64,000 nt of DNA from Myxococcota bacterium. Lineage in GTDB: Bacteria; Myxococcota_A; UBA9042; PHBI01; JAWLBL01. Position 1 is the first letter of the stretch. Each line of letters begins with the position of its first letter. Shown one piece after another: positions 20,731 through 30,186 of the stretch. The notes beneath the pieces were generated by a model. It searched no databases and was not told the origin of the DNA. It saw nothing but the letters and a program-made list of their open reading frames with translations. The stretch lies in the NCBI GenBank assembly GCA_041687695.1, contig JAWLBL010000010.1:162676-226675 (forward strand). The letters are read 5' to 3'. A program made the position numbers and the translations under genes.

Positions 20731-23229
20731 TCAGTCCCAGTCGCGCTGCAGCCAGGCGATGGTCACGCCGTCGCCGCCTTCGTGCCGTCGCCCGGGGCGC
20801 CAACGCGTGACGTAGCTGGAGCGACGCACCAGGTCGCGCACCTCGTCGCGCAGGGCGCCGGTGCCGTGGCCGTGGATGATCCAGACGGCCTCGCGGTTGT
20901 CGCGAAAGGCGCGGTCGAGCAGCGGCGTGACCACGTCGGTGACCTCGTCGCGGCGCATGCCGCGGATGTCCGCCGTGATGTCGGGCGTCTGCGGCGGCGG
21001 CACGTCCTCGGCGTCTTCGCCCAGGCGCTCGGCCTCGGCGGTCGGCGCGGCCTGGCGCGGGGCGGGGGAGGGCGCCGGCGCGGGGCGGGACGGGGAGGGC
21101 GAGGCGCCTCCGGCCACCCGGCCGAGCTGCTGGAGCGTCACGGTGGTCTTGAGCGGGCCGATGGCGACGATGACCTTGTCGTCGCGCATCTCGACGACCT
21201 CGCCCGGCTGCCCGAGCGTGCGCACCCAGACCGCGGCGCCGCGTTCGATCGCCGAGGCCGGCAGGTCGCCGCCGTCGCGCGGGCCCTTGGCGGCCTGCTG
21301 CGCCTTCTTGCCGGCGCGGCTGTTCGGGTCGACGGGCGGGGGCTCGTTGCGCAGCTGCGTCTCGAGCTCGCTCGCGACCGCCTGCAGCTCGGCGCGCTTG
21401 CGCTCGAGGGCCCGCGCGTCCTCGAGCTGACGCAGCTCGCGGACCTTGTCGCGCACGGTCTCCAGCGCCTTTCTGGCCTCGGCGAGGGCGTCCTGGCGGG
21501 CCCGCGCGACCTCCTCGTCGGCCCGGCGGCGCAGGTCGGCCTTGAGCATCTCGTAGCCCCGGGCCTCGGTCTCGGCGTCGCGCTGGGCGCGCTCGGCGTC
21601 CCGCCAGGCCTCCTCGGCCTCGCGCCGCGCCTCCTGCAGCGACTGCAGGGCGCGGGCGACGCCCTCGTCGCCGCCGGCGATCTGCCGGGCGCGCGTCAGG
21701 ATGTCGTCCCCGAGGCCCAGCCGCGCCGCGATCTCGAACGGGTTCGACGAGCCCGGCTCGCCCATGCGCAGCTCGTAGGTCGGCTGCATCGTCATCGGAT
21801 CGATGCCGACCGACGCGTTGCCGAAGCGCGCGTCCTCGAAGGCCAGGGTCTTGAGCCGCTCGTAGTGGGTGGTCACGAAGCCGCGCGCGCCGCGCCGGGC
21901 CATGGCCTCGAGCACCGCGATGGCCAGCGCCGCGCCCTGCGAGGGCTCGGTGCCGACGATGATCTCGTCGATGAGCACCAGGGCGCCGGCGTGCGCCTCG
22001 TCGAGCACCTCCTGCAGGGCCATCAGCTGGCCGGAGAAGGTCGACAGGTTGCGGTCGATGTCCTGCGCGTCGCCGATGATGGTGTGCAGCGAGTCGAACA
22101 GGACCACCTGGCTGTCCGGGTCGGCCGGGATCGGCAGGCCCGCCCAGGTCATCAGCGTCATCAGGCCGATGGTGTTGAGCGTGACCGTCTTGCCGCCCGT
22201 GTTCGGGCCCGTGATGACGACGAAGGCGTGCTCGGGCTCGAGGGCGACGTCGTTGGGGACGACGGCCACCTTGTTGAGCACCAGGAGCGGGTTGCGGGCC
22301 CGCTTGAGCTCCATGCGGCCGGTGGCGGCGACCCGCGGCACGTTGGCCTCGAGGCGAAGGGCCATCATGGCGCGGGCCTGGACGAGATCCAGATCGATGA
22401 GCGCCTCGAGGCCCATCACCAGGGCGTCGGCCTCGCCGGCGACCCACTGCGACCGGGCCTGCAGGACACGGTAGACCTCGCGCTCGACGGCGGCCTCGGC
22501 GACCTTGATCTCGTTGTTGGCGTGGATGAACGGCTCGGGCTCGATGAAGACCGTCTGGCCCGAGTTCGAGGTCCCGTGAATGATTCCAGGGACTTGCGAC
22601 TGGAACGAGGCGATCACCGGGACGACGTAGCGGTCCTCGCGCTGTGTGTAGAACGTGTCCTGCAGGACGTCGGTCAGCTCGGCGCGCTGGAGGTAGCAGT
22701 CGAGGCGCTCCTTGATGGCCTGGTGGAGGCCGTGGGCGCGGCGGCGGGCCTCGGCCAGCTCGGGGCTGGCGTCGTCGCGGATGCGGCCAGACTCGTCGAA
22801 GGTCTGCTCGAGCTCGCTCGCCAGCAGGCCCACGTCTTCGAGGCGGGCCAACGAGCCCGCGAGCTGCGGGGCCTCGGGGGCGTGGTGCTTGAGGTGGCGC
22901 CGCACGGTGACGATGGCGCGGGCGGTGCGGGCCACGGCGATGAGCTCGTCGGCGCCTTCGACGCTGCCGCGCTGACAGCGTGCCACGATGCGCCGGATGT
23001 CCTCGACGCCGTCGAGCGGCAGCGAGGCGTCGGCGCGGCGCAGGTTCATGGCCTCGCCGACGCGGGCGAGCTCGTCGACGACGGCGCCGTGGTCGGCGAG
23101 GAAGGACAGCTCGGCGGCGGCCTCGCGGCCCGGCTCGGTGGCGCAGGCGTCGGCGACGGTCTCGAGCACGCGCGGCCAGCCGAGCAGCCGCAGACAGGAC
23201 GGAGTGACGGTGATCATGGTGGGCGACAT
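20731..23229 (-). CDS. mutS2: Endonuclease MutS2 (MutS ATPase + coiled coil + Smr domain)
   Basis: ITGPNTGGKT, IGDAQDIDRNLSTFSG, LIDE, TTHY and Smr IIHGHGTGALR. The start is ATG 23229 or 23217. Confidence 0.93.
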   Translation of the reverse strand: MSPTMITVTPSCLRLLGWPRVLETVADACATEPGREAAAELSFLADHGAVVDELARVGEAMNLRRADASLPLDGVEDIRRIVARCQRGSVEGADELIAVARTARAIVTVRRHLKHHAPEAPQLAGSLARLEDVGLLASELEQTFDESGRIRDDASPELAEARRRAHGLHQAIKERLDCYLQRAELTDVLQDTFYTQREDRYVVPVIASFQSQVPGIIHGTSNSGQTVFIEPEPFIHANNEIKVAEAAVEREVYRVLQARSQWVAGEADALVMGLEALIDLDLVQARAMMALRLEANVPRVAATGRMELKRARNPLLVLNKVAVVPNDVALEPEHAFVVITGPNTGGKTVTLNTIGLMTLMTWAGLPIPADPDSQVVLFDSLHTIIGDAQDIDRNLSTFSGQLMALQEVLDEAHAGALVLIDEIIVGTEPSQGAALAIAVLEAMARRGARGFVTTHYERLKTLAFEDARFGNASVGIDPMTMQPTYELRMGEPGSSNPFEIAARLGLGDDILTRARQIAGGDEGVARALQSLQEARREAEEAWRDAERAQRDAETEARGYEMLKADLRRRADEEVARARQDALAEARKALETVRDKVRELRQLEDARALERKRAELQAVASELETQLRNEPPPVDPNSRAGKKAQQAAKGPRDGGDLPASAIERGAAVWVRTLGQPGEVVEMRDDKVIVAIGPLKTTVTLQQLGRVAGGASPSPSRPAPAPSPAPRQAAPTAEAERLGEDAEDVPPPQTPDITADIRGMRRDEVTDVVTPLLDRAFRDNREAVWIIHGHGTGALRDEVRDLVRRSSYVTRWRPGRRHEGGDGVTIAWLQRDWD

Positions 23230-23296
23230 TTGAAGCCCGACGCGGCGGGAGTCAACACGGCGTGCGCGATGAAGTGAGGATTGGTGGGTCGGAGGA

Positions 23297-23747
<451 letters not shown>

Positions 23748-23901
23748 GGCGCTTGGGGACGATCGGCCAAATCGTCTCAGAGGCCAGGCGGGTCGTGGAT
23801 GGCGGGTTGGGAGGCGTGCTGTTGCGTCTGAGGGCGGCTGGGCGAGCGAGGGGCTCGGGGGGCGGTCGGGGCTGGGGCGCCCTCGCCGCCCGGTGCCGAC
23901 A

Positions 23902-23929
23902 ACGTCTGATAATATAGATTATGTAAACT
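23902..23929 (+). other. dif: dif site (XerC/XerD chromosome dimer resolution site)
   Basis: ACGTCTGATAA-TATAGA-TTATGTAAACT has the 11-6-11 layout of E. coli GGTGCGCATAA-TGTATA-TTATGTTAAAT. It is an intergenic AT-rich island in GC-rich DNA. Confidence 0.88.
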
Positions 23930-24086
23930 TTTGTCCGAGGGGCGCCGGGCGGGGCCGCGCGGGACGCCCTCTCGCGCAACCCTTTGACATTCCATCGCCT
24001 TGAGGCCGGCCGAGGCCACTTGCCGGCGCGTACGGCAAGCGCTACCCTGAGCGCCGCTCTCGTACCTGGGCAAAGGTCTTGGAAGC

Positions 24087-27000
24087 ATGGCGATCCTGAA
24101 GTTTCGGTCGGATGACGGTGTCGACTCCGAGGTGCGCATCGACGCGCAGAACCCGATCGTGAAGATCGGGCGCGCGGACGAGTGCGCCATCCAGACCAAG
24201 AACAACACGGTCTCTCGGCGTCACAGCCAGGTCGTCTTCACCGGCTCCGGCTTCAAGCTCTACGACCTCAACAGTTCGAACGGCACCTTCTTCAACCGGG
24301 CCCGCATCACCGAGCACGCCCTCACGCCCGGCGACGTCTTCTTCTGCGGGAACTTCCGCGTCGAGTTCGTCCTCGAGGAGCCCGTCCCGGCGCCGGTTCA
24401 GATCCCCGAGCCCGAGCCCGAGCCCGAGCCGGTCATCGAGGCGACCGTCGCGCGAGCGCCCGTCGACCTCGATCGCCCCGCGTGGGCGGGTCCGGTCCAG
24501 GCCGAGCCGGACTACGCCGCGGCCCCCCTGTCCGCGGGAGGCGGCCTGGGTGAGGTCGCCTTCGACGACGCCCCGCCCTCCCCGGTTGCGCCCTCCCCGG
24601 CCGCGCCGGCCGTCGGCGAGCCGGTCCACCACGGGCGGATTCGCCAGCCCACGGCCGACTACTCGTCGGTCGCGCCGCAGCCCGTCGGGGCGCCGGTGGC
24701 GGTGGCGCGCGTCGGCGTGCCCGACGACACGCGCGTCCAGGAGCTCGAGGCCCAGGTCGCCAAGCAGGCCGAGGAGCTCGAGCTGCTGCGCGTCCAGATC
24801 GACTCGCTCAACGCGGTCGTGGACGAGGCGGCGGCCAGCGAGGAGCGCGAGCACCAGGAGCGCGTCCGCTTCGAAGAGGAGCTGGAGGCGGCCCGCGCCG
24901 AGATGGCCGAGCTGCTGCGCGCCCAGGGCGGCGACCGGGCGCGGCTCGAGGCGGCTCAGGCCGAGCTGGACGCCGCGCGAGCCCAGGCGGACGAGGCCGC
25001 GGCCCTGCGCGAGCGGCTCGAGCAGCTCGAGGGCGAGGTCGGCCGCGTCGCCCAGCTCGAGGACGAGCTGGCGCAGGCGCGGCGCGAGGCCGAGGAGCTT
25101 CGCGTCGAGTCGACCGGCGCGACGCCGGCGGTGGGCCCGACGCCCGAGGAGCTGGAGCGTCTGCAGGAGGACATGGGCTTCCTGCAGGACGAGCTCGACG
25201 AGGTGCGGCGCGCCCTGAGCGCGGCCGACGAGGCGCGCGCCGAGCTCGAGCGCCAGCGCGACGAGGCCGAGCGGCTGCGACAGGAGGTCGAGGCCTCGCT
25301 GCGGACGCTCGAGGAGCGCGCGGCCAGCCAGGACGCCGCCCTCAGCGAGGCGGGCGACCAGTCGGCGCGCGTCGCCGCGCTCGAGGCCGAGGTCCAGAGC
25401 CTGACGGACACGCTGGCCGCGGCGCCGCAGCCCGGCGAGATGGCCGAGCTGAAGCGGCGCCTGGAGGAGGCGGACGCGGCTCGGCGCGAGGCGGTCGGCA
25501 AGGCGGCCAAGCTCGAGGACGAGCTGGGCAAGGCGGCCGATCTGCGCGAGCGGCTGGCGCGCGCCGAGGAGGACCGCGACACCGCAGAGCGCGAGGTGGT
25601 GGAGCTCAAGGATCTGCTCGTCGGGACGATCACGGCCGGCGAGGCCGAGCGGCTGCACCAGCGGGTCCAGGAGCTCGAGGATGCGCTGGCTCGCGCCGAG
25701 GTCGAGGCCCAGCAGGCGCGATCGTCGGTGGACGAGGCGGTCGGTCGGGCGATGTCGGACGCCAGCCAGGCCGGCGCGCGCGTGGCCGAGCTGACGACGG
25801 CGCTGAAGGAGGCCGAGGAGCGGGCGAGCCGGCTCCAGAAGGAGCGCGCCGAGGCCGACGGGCGCGAGGGCGAGCTGAAGGGGCGCCTGGCGGCGGCCGA
25901 CAAGGCGCAGGCCGAGGCTGCCGAGGCGTTGCGCGAGGCGAGCCAGCGGGTCGCGGCGCTCGAGAGCGAGCTGAGCTCGGCGCGCGAGTCGCTGGCGGGG
26001 CTGAGCACCGACGCCCAGGGCGCGCACGCCGAGAAGGAGGCGCTGCGGATGCGGGCCGAGGAGGCCGAGCTGGCACGCGAGCTGGTGGCTGAGGAGCTGG
26101 AGTCCGCGACGCGGGCGCACGCCAACGCCGAGAAGAAGGCGCGCGAGGCGGGCAAGCGGGTCGAGGAGCTCGAGGCGCAGGTCGCCGACGGGCAGTCGCG
26201 GCACGGGCAGGCGGCGGCGGCGCTCGAGGCGCTATTGACGGCGGCGCGCGAGGAGGCCGAGCGGACGCGCCAGGCGCTCGAGGACGCCAAGGCGTCGCAC
26301 AAGCAGGCGCGCAAGGCGGCGACGACCGAGATCGAGCGGCTGACGCAGGAGCTGGACGCCGCGCGGAGCGCCCAGGGCTCGGCGAGCGAGCAGATGCAGG
26401 TCGAGATCGAGCGGCTGCGGGCCGAGGCCAAGCGGCTCGAGGGAGAGATCGAGGCGGCGCGGGCCGCAGGGGCCGCGTCGGCGGACGAGGCGCGGGGTGA
26501 GGTCGAGCGGCTCACGCGCGAGCTGGCCGAGGCGAAGGCGGCGGTCGACGCGGCCGGCGCCGAGCTGGCGCAGGCCCGGGCGGCGCTGGACGAAGCGCAG
26601 GCGCAAGCCAGCGCTGGGGCGGGCGACGCGGACGCGCTGCGGGCGCAGGCGGACGAGGCGCGCGCGGCGGCCCAGGACGCCGAGGCCAAGCACAAGGCCC
26701 TGCAGGAGGAGTACGAGATGGTGCTCGGCTCCAACAAGGGCTACGTGAAGAAGATCGCGGGCTACGTCACGCTGATCGAGGAGCTCGAGCAGAAGGCGGC
26801 CGCCGCCGCGGCGGGGGGCGGCGCGGACGCGGCGCGGGTCACCGAGCTCGAGGGGCTGCTGGCGGGCGAGCGGGCCGAGGTCGAGCGGCTGCGCGACGAC
26901 CTGAGCCGGCTCGAAGGCAAGACCGCGCGGCTGCGCGAGTCGCTGGACGCCGCCGAGGCGGCCGCGGCCGAGGCCCCTTCGAGCGCCGAGGTCGACCGGC

Positions 27001-27323
27001 TGCGGGCCGATCTGGCGCGCCTCGAGACGGACAACGCCCTGCTGCGCGAGCAGCTCGCGGCGGCGTCCGTGGCGGGGGACTCGGCCGAGTTCACCACCGC
27101 GGTGCGGCGGCTGTACGAGGACGTCAACGACGTCGCGTCGGGTTGGCGCAACAACGTCATGCTCTGCCAGGACTACTTCGACGAGATCCAGGCGGGCTTC
27201 GACGACCCCGACCAGCGCGACATCACCTACGATGGGCTCAAGGACACGCTCGAGCAGCTTCGGGACGCGTCCGACACCATCAAGGACAAGCTGCGGGACT
27301 TCCGTCAGCTTTTGAACGGTTGA
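24087..27323 (+). CDS. FHA domain protein with a Pro-rich linker and a ~800-aa coiled coil
   Basis: FHA motifs IGRADEC, VSRRHS and DLNSSNGTFFN; a long E/A/R/L heptad-rich region. Confidence 0.88.
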   Translation: MAILKFRSDDGVDSEVRIDAQNPIVKIGRADECAIQTKNNTVSRRHSQVVFTGSGFKLYDLNSSNGTFFNRARITEHALTPGDVFFCGNFRVEFVLEEPVPAPVQIPEPEPEPEPVIEATVARAPVDLDRPAWAGPVQAEPDYAAAPLSAGGGLGEVAFDDAPPSPVAPSPAAPAVGEPVHHGRIRQPTADYSSVAPQPVGAPVAVARVGVPDDTRVQELEAQVAKQAEELELLRVQIDSLNAVVDEAAASEEREHQERVRFEEELEAARAEMAELLRAQGGDRARLEAAQAELDAARAQADEAAALRERLEQLEGEVGRVAQLEDELAQARREAEELRVESTGATPAVGPTPEELERLQEDMGFLQDELDEVRRALSAADEARAELERQRDEAERLRQEVEASLRTLEERAASQDAALSEAGDQSARVAALEAEVQSLTDTLAAAPQPGEMAELKRRLEEADAARREAVGKAAKLEDELGKAADLRERLARAEEDRDTAEREVVELKDLLVGTITAGEAERLHQRVQELEDALARAEVEAQQARSSVDEAVGRAMSDASQAGARVAELTTALKEAEERASRLQKERAEADGREGELKGRLAAADKAQAEAAEALREASQRVAALESELSSARESLAGLSTDAQGAHAEKEALRMRAEEAELARELVAEELESATRAHANAEKKAREAGKRVEELEAQVADGQSRHGQAAAALEALLTAAREEAERTRQALEDAKASHKQARKAATTEIERLTQELDAARSAQGSASEQMQVEIERLRAEAKRLEGEIEAARAAGAASADEARGEVERLTRELAEAKAAVDAAGAELAQARAALDEAQAQASAGAGDADALRAQADEARAAAQDAEAKHKALQEEYEMVLGSNKGYVKKIAGYVTLIEELEQKAAAAAAGGGADAARVTELEGLLAGERAEVERLRDDLSRLEGKTARLRESLDAAEAAAAEAPSSAEVDRLRADLARLETDNALLREQLAAASVAGDSAEFTTAVRRLYEDVNDVASGWRNNVMLCQDYFDEIQAGFDDPDQRDITYDGLKDTLEQLRDASDTIKDKLRDFRQLLNG

Positions 27324-27419
27324 GGGGGCTCGCGAGGCGACGTCGATGGCCCGGCCGGGCGATGGCGAAGCCGCGCGATACCATGCCATGGCACGAGCGC
27401 GCACCCGAGCGCTTGTAGG

Positions 27420-27448
27420 TTGACACCGGAGGCGGGCCCCCCTACCCT
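27420..27448 (+). promoter_or_regulatory. Sigma70-type promoter of the small Cys-rich gene
   Basis: TTGACA-17bp-TACCCT. Confidence 0.55.
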
Positions 27449-27514
27449 CCGGCCGCTGAAATCAGCCCGACTGCTCATGAATCGCAGGTCCGGGACAAGG
27501 AGCTGGAAGAGACT

Positions 27515-27802
27515 ATGCAGTGTACGACCGTCAAGCCCGGCTACGAGTGCTCGTTCATGTCCCGCGGCGGTTGCGGATTCGGCGCGCCGTCCGACACCTG
27601 CGCGACCGTGGCGGCCCAGTGTGAGGGCTGTGACCACATCCACGACTGGCCCAGTGGGCGCTACTGCAAGAAGTTCGCCGCGCCGGCCGCCAAGTGGGCC
27701 CTCGGCAACTGCAACATGGCGACCCACATCAAGATCGAGAAGGCGGAGACCAAGAAGGTCAACCCGCTGAAGGCGTCGAAGAAGGCCGCCGGCCGCAAGT
27801 AG
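27515..27802 (+). CDS. PxxKW-family small cysteine-rich protein
   Basis: 8 Cys, PAAKW, GNCNMATH and a basic tail KVNPLKASKK. Confidence 0.8.
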   Translation: MQCTTVKPGYECSFMSRGGCGFGAPSDTCATVAAQCEGCDHIHDWPSGRYCKKFAAPAAKWALGNCNMATHIKIEKAETKKVNPLKASKKAAGRK

Positions 27803-27830
27803 GCCGTCCGGTCCGACCCCGGTCGCGACT

Positions 27831-27873
27831 CGCGAGCGCCGGCCCGGCTTCGGGTGCGGCGCTCGCGTCGTTT
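27831..27873 (+). terminator. Intrinsic terminator-like hairpin between convergent genes
   Basis: CGCGAGCGCCG ... CGGCGCTCGCG stem followed by TCGTTT. Confidence 0.65.
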
Positions 27874-27919
27874 CGGGCCGGGTTCGACCACGATGGCCGA
27901 CCGGACGCGAAGGCCTGGC

Positions 27920-29593
27920 TCAGGGCGCTACGGCCACCGCTGGCACCACGGGCCCCTGCCCGTAGACGTCGTGGTACAGCCGCAGTCGACCGTCCTCGGT
28001 GGCGCCCGCCGTCATGTACTCGATGACGACCGGCACCGGCTGCCGCAGGGTGACCGCCGTCTCGGCGCGCCGCGCCACGATGGCCACCGCCTGGTCCCAC
28101 GCCAGCGGGTGCGCGTCCGCCTCGAGCAGGTGCCGGGCGAGATCCAGGGCGCGCTCGACGCGCACGCAGCCGTGGCTGAGCGCGCGGTAGGGCTTGCCGA
28201 AGGCCTTCTTCTGCGGCGTGTCGTGCAGGAAGACGCCGTCGCCGCCGGGGAAGACGAACTTCACCCGCCCGAGCGCGTTGCCGGGCCCGGGGCGCTGCAC
28301 CGCCCACTCGACGCCCTGCCGGTCGACGTACAGCTCGTAGTCGTCGTACAGGTCGGGGCGGGACTGGGCCTGGACGTCCAGCTCCAGCTCCTTGATCCGC
28401 CGAGGGACCCGCCACGACGGGTTCAGGACCAGCTCGTGGATGGCGCTGATCAGGGTCGGGGTCTGGTTGATGCGCCCTCGCCGCCCCTTCAGATCGGTGT
28501 CCAGGCGGGTCGAGCCCACGACGACCTTGTGGCGGGCCACGACGGCGCCGTCGCGGACGACGCGCAGCTCGTAGGCGGGGATGTTCACCTCGAGGCGGGT
28601 CGCCAGGGCGCGGGCCGGGCGACGTCGCAGGTAGCTGGCCACGGAGGCCAGCTGCTCGGCGCGCTCGGCGAGCGACGTCCGCAGCGCCGCCAACGTCGCG
28701 GGGCTCAGGCGGCCGGTGGGGTCGAGTCCGTGGAACCGCTGGAACTCGACGAGCGCGAGTCGCAGCGGCTCGTCGAACCGGTCGGCGCGGTCCAAAGGCG
28801 GCGCGCCGAAGCCCTCGACGCCCAACCGGGTCCGCAGCGCCGCCACCTCGGGCCCTTGGCTGCGCGGCGCCAGGCGACGCCAGCGCGGGCCGTCTCCGAT
28901 GGGCGGCGCGTCGGGCGATCGCTCGGCGAGCGTGCGATAGCGTCGCCAGCCCGCCACGATGGCGCGATAGTCCGGCTCCTGAGGCTCGTAGCGCGTCAGC
29001 GCGACCTCGGGCGCGGCCCGCAGCGCGTCGGGCAGCTGTTGGAGGGCCGCGTCCGAAGCGGCCCCGCCGGCCAGGGTCAGGGCCACCTCGTAGGTCAGGC
29101 GCCAGCCCAACACCTCGACCTTGGCGGCCTCGGCGCGCAGGGCCTGACGCGCCCGAGCGACGCCCTCGGGCGAGGTCACCTCGGCCAGGGCCTCGCGTAG
29201 CGGCGGCAGCGTCGCCAGCGCGCGCTCGAGCGGCGCCGGGTCGACCTGCGCCGCGGGCTCGCCCATCGCGACGAGCTCGCGGGCGCGGGCGAGCACGACG
29301 TCGAGCGCCGGGTGCTCGGAGCGCGGCGCGACCAGGCGGAACGCCACGCGGGGCGTGGTCATGAGCGCGCGCCTCAGCGGCACGTCGGCCGGGCCCGCCG
29401 GCTGCGTGGCCAGGATGGATGCCACCTCGGCGCTGGTCAGCGGCTCGAAGGCCGCCGAACGGGCGGCCTCGGGATCGAAGGGTGGCTGCGTGACCGGAGC
29501 GGGCGCGGGCGTCGGGGCGGGCGGCGCGGTCGCGCAACCCGCCGCCTGCGACAGCAGCAGCGTCAGCGCCGCGCCAGCCCAGCTCCGCCGCAT
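27920..29593 (-). CDS. L,D-transpeptidase (YcbB/LdtD-like) lipoprotein with a peptidoglycan-binding domain
   Basis: Lipobox AAGC; FQRFHGLDPTG; VNIPAYEL, NPSWRVP, GPGNALGRVKF, LHDTP and SHGCVRV. Confidence 0.9.
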   Translation of the reverse strand: MRRSWAGAALTLLLSQAAGCATAPPAPTPAPAPVTQPPFDPEAARSAAFEPLTSAEVASILATQPAGPADVPLRRALMTTPRVAFRLVAPRSEHPALDVVLARARELVAMGEPAAQVDPAPLERALATLPPLREALAEVTSPEGVARARQALRAEAAKVEVLGWRLTYEVALTLAGGAASDAALQQLPDALRAAPEVALTRYEPQEPDYRAIVAGWRRYRTLAERSPDAPPIGDGPRWRRLAPRSQGPEVAALRTRLGVEGFGAPPLDRADRFDEPLRLALVEFQRFHGLDPTGRLSPATLAALRTSLAERAEQLASVASYLRRRPARALATRLEVNIPAYELRVVRDGAVVARHKVVVGSTRLDTDLKGRRGRINQTPTLISAIHELVLNPSWRVPRRIKELELDVQAQSRPDLYDDYELYVDRQGVEWAVQRPGPGNALGRVKFVFPGGDGVFLHDTPQKKAFGKPYRALSHGCVRVERALDLARHLLEADAHPLAWDQAVAIVARRAETAVTLRQPVPVVIEYMTAGATEDGRLRLYHDVYGQGPVVPAVAVAP

Positions 29594-29600
29594 CAAACGA

Positions 29601-30062
29601 CTAGAGCTCGTCCGGGGCGGGCTTGTCGTCGCGCTCGGGCTTGGTCTCCGGCTCGGGCTTGCGCTCGGGCTCGGGCTCGGGGCGCTTGTCGGTGGCCTTG
29701 GGAAACTTCACGGCCTTCTTGGCGATGAGGAAGAAGACCTTGCCCTTGCGGACGCGCTTGAACTCCTTGGGCGCCACGGTCAGATCGACCGGCGCGAGCG
29801 CGTCGGTCCGCGGCGTCAGGGTCACGGCGTTGTCGGTGTCGAGCTGCAGGCCCTTGATGAGGACGCGCTTGCCGTTCGCCTCGAACTCGGTGGAGGTCCA
29901 CTCCTGGCCGTTGACCTCGACCTTCACGTACTCGGCGTCGGTCGTGACGTGGAGCTCGCCGACGGGCGTCTCCTCGGCCTCGGCGGACGCTGCGGCCAGG
30001 ACGGACGTAGGGAAGAGCAGCGCGAGCGCGAGCGCGGCGGCGGTAAACAGCTGGGCTCTCAT
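29601..30062 (-). CDS. Small exported hypothetical protein (PEGA-like beta domain, PE-rich tail)
   Basis: Signal peptide; GELHVTTDAEYVKVEVNG; typical codon usage; GAGG upstream. Confidence 0.65.
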   Translation of the reverse strand: MRAQLFTAAALALALLFPTSVLAAASAEAEETPVGELHVTTDAEYVKVEVNGQEWTSTEFEANGKRVLIKGLQLDTDNAVTLTPRTDALAPVDLTVAPKEFKRVRKGKVFFLIAKKAVKFPKATDKRPEPEPERKPEPETKPERDDKPAPDEL

Positions 30063-30186
30063 CGAAGGCCTCCTGGCATGGGCGATGGACGGTGGCGCGG
30101 CCGTCGCGTCCCTGCGGTCACCGTGGGGGGGGGCGCGTCCGGCCGGCGTGCGAGACGATGGTAGGAAGGTCGCGATTCATGTCAAT

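Noticed and set aside
23984..23989. TTGACA upstream of the FHA gene as a sigma70 promoter
   Set aside because: There is no acceptable -10 hexamer at 16-18 bp spacing.
23750..24086. Integrated element (IMEX/prophage) at dif
   Set aside because: I saw no second dif-like copy and no phage, replication or integrase genes; the flanks are ordinary chromosomal genes.
27389..27404. TGGCAC as a sigma54 promoter for the PxxKW gene
   Set aside because: The GC dinucleotide is not at the required -12 spacing.
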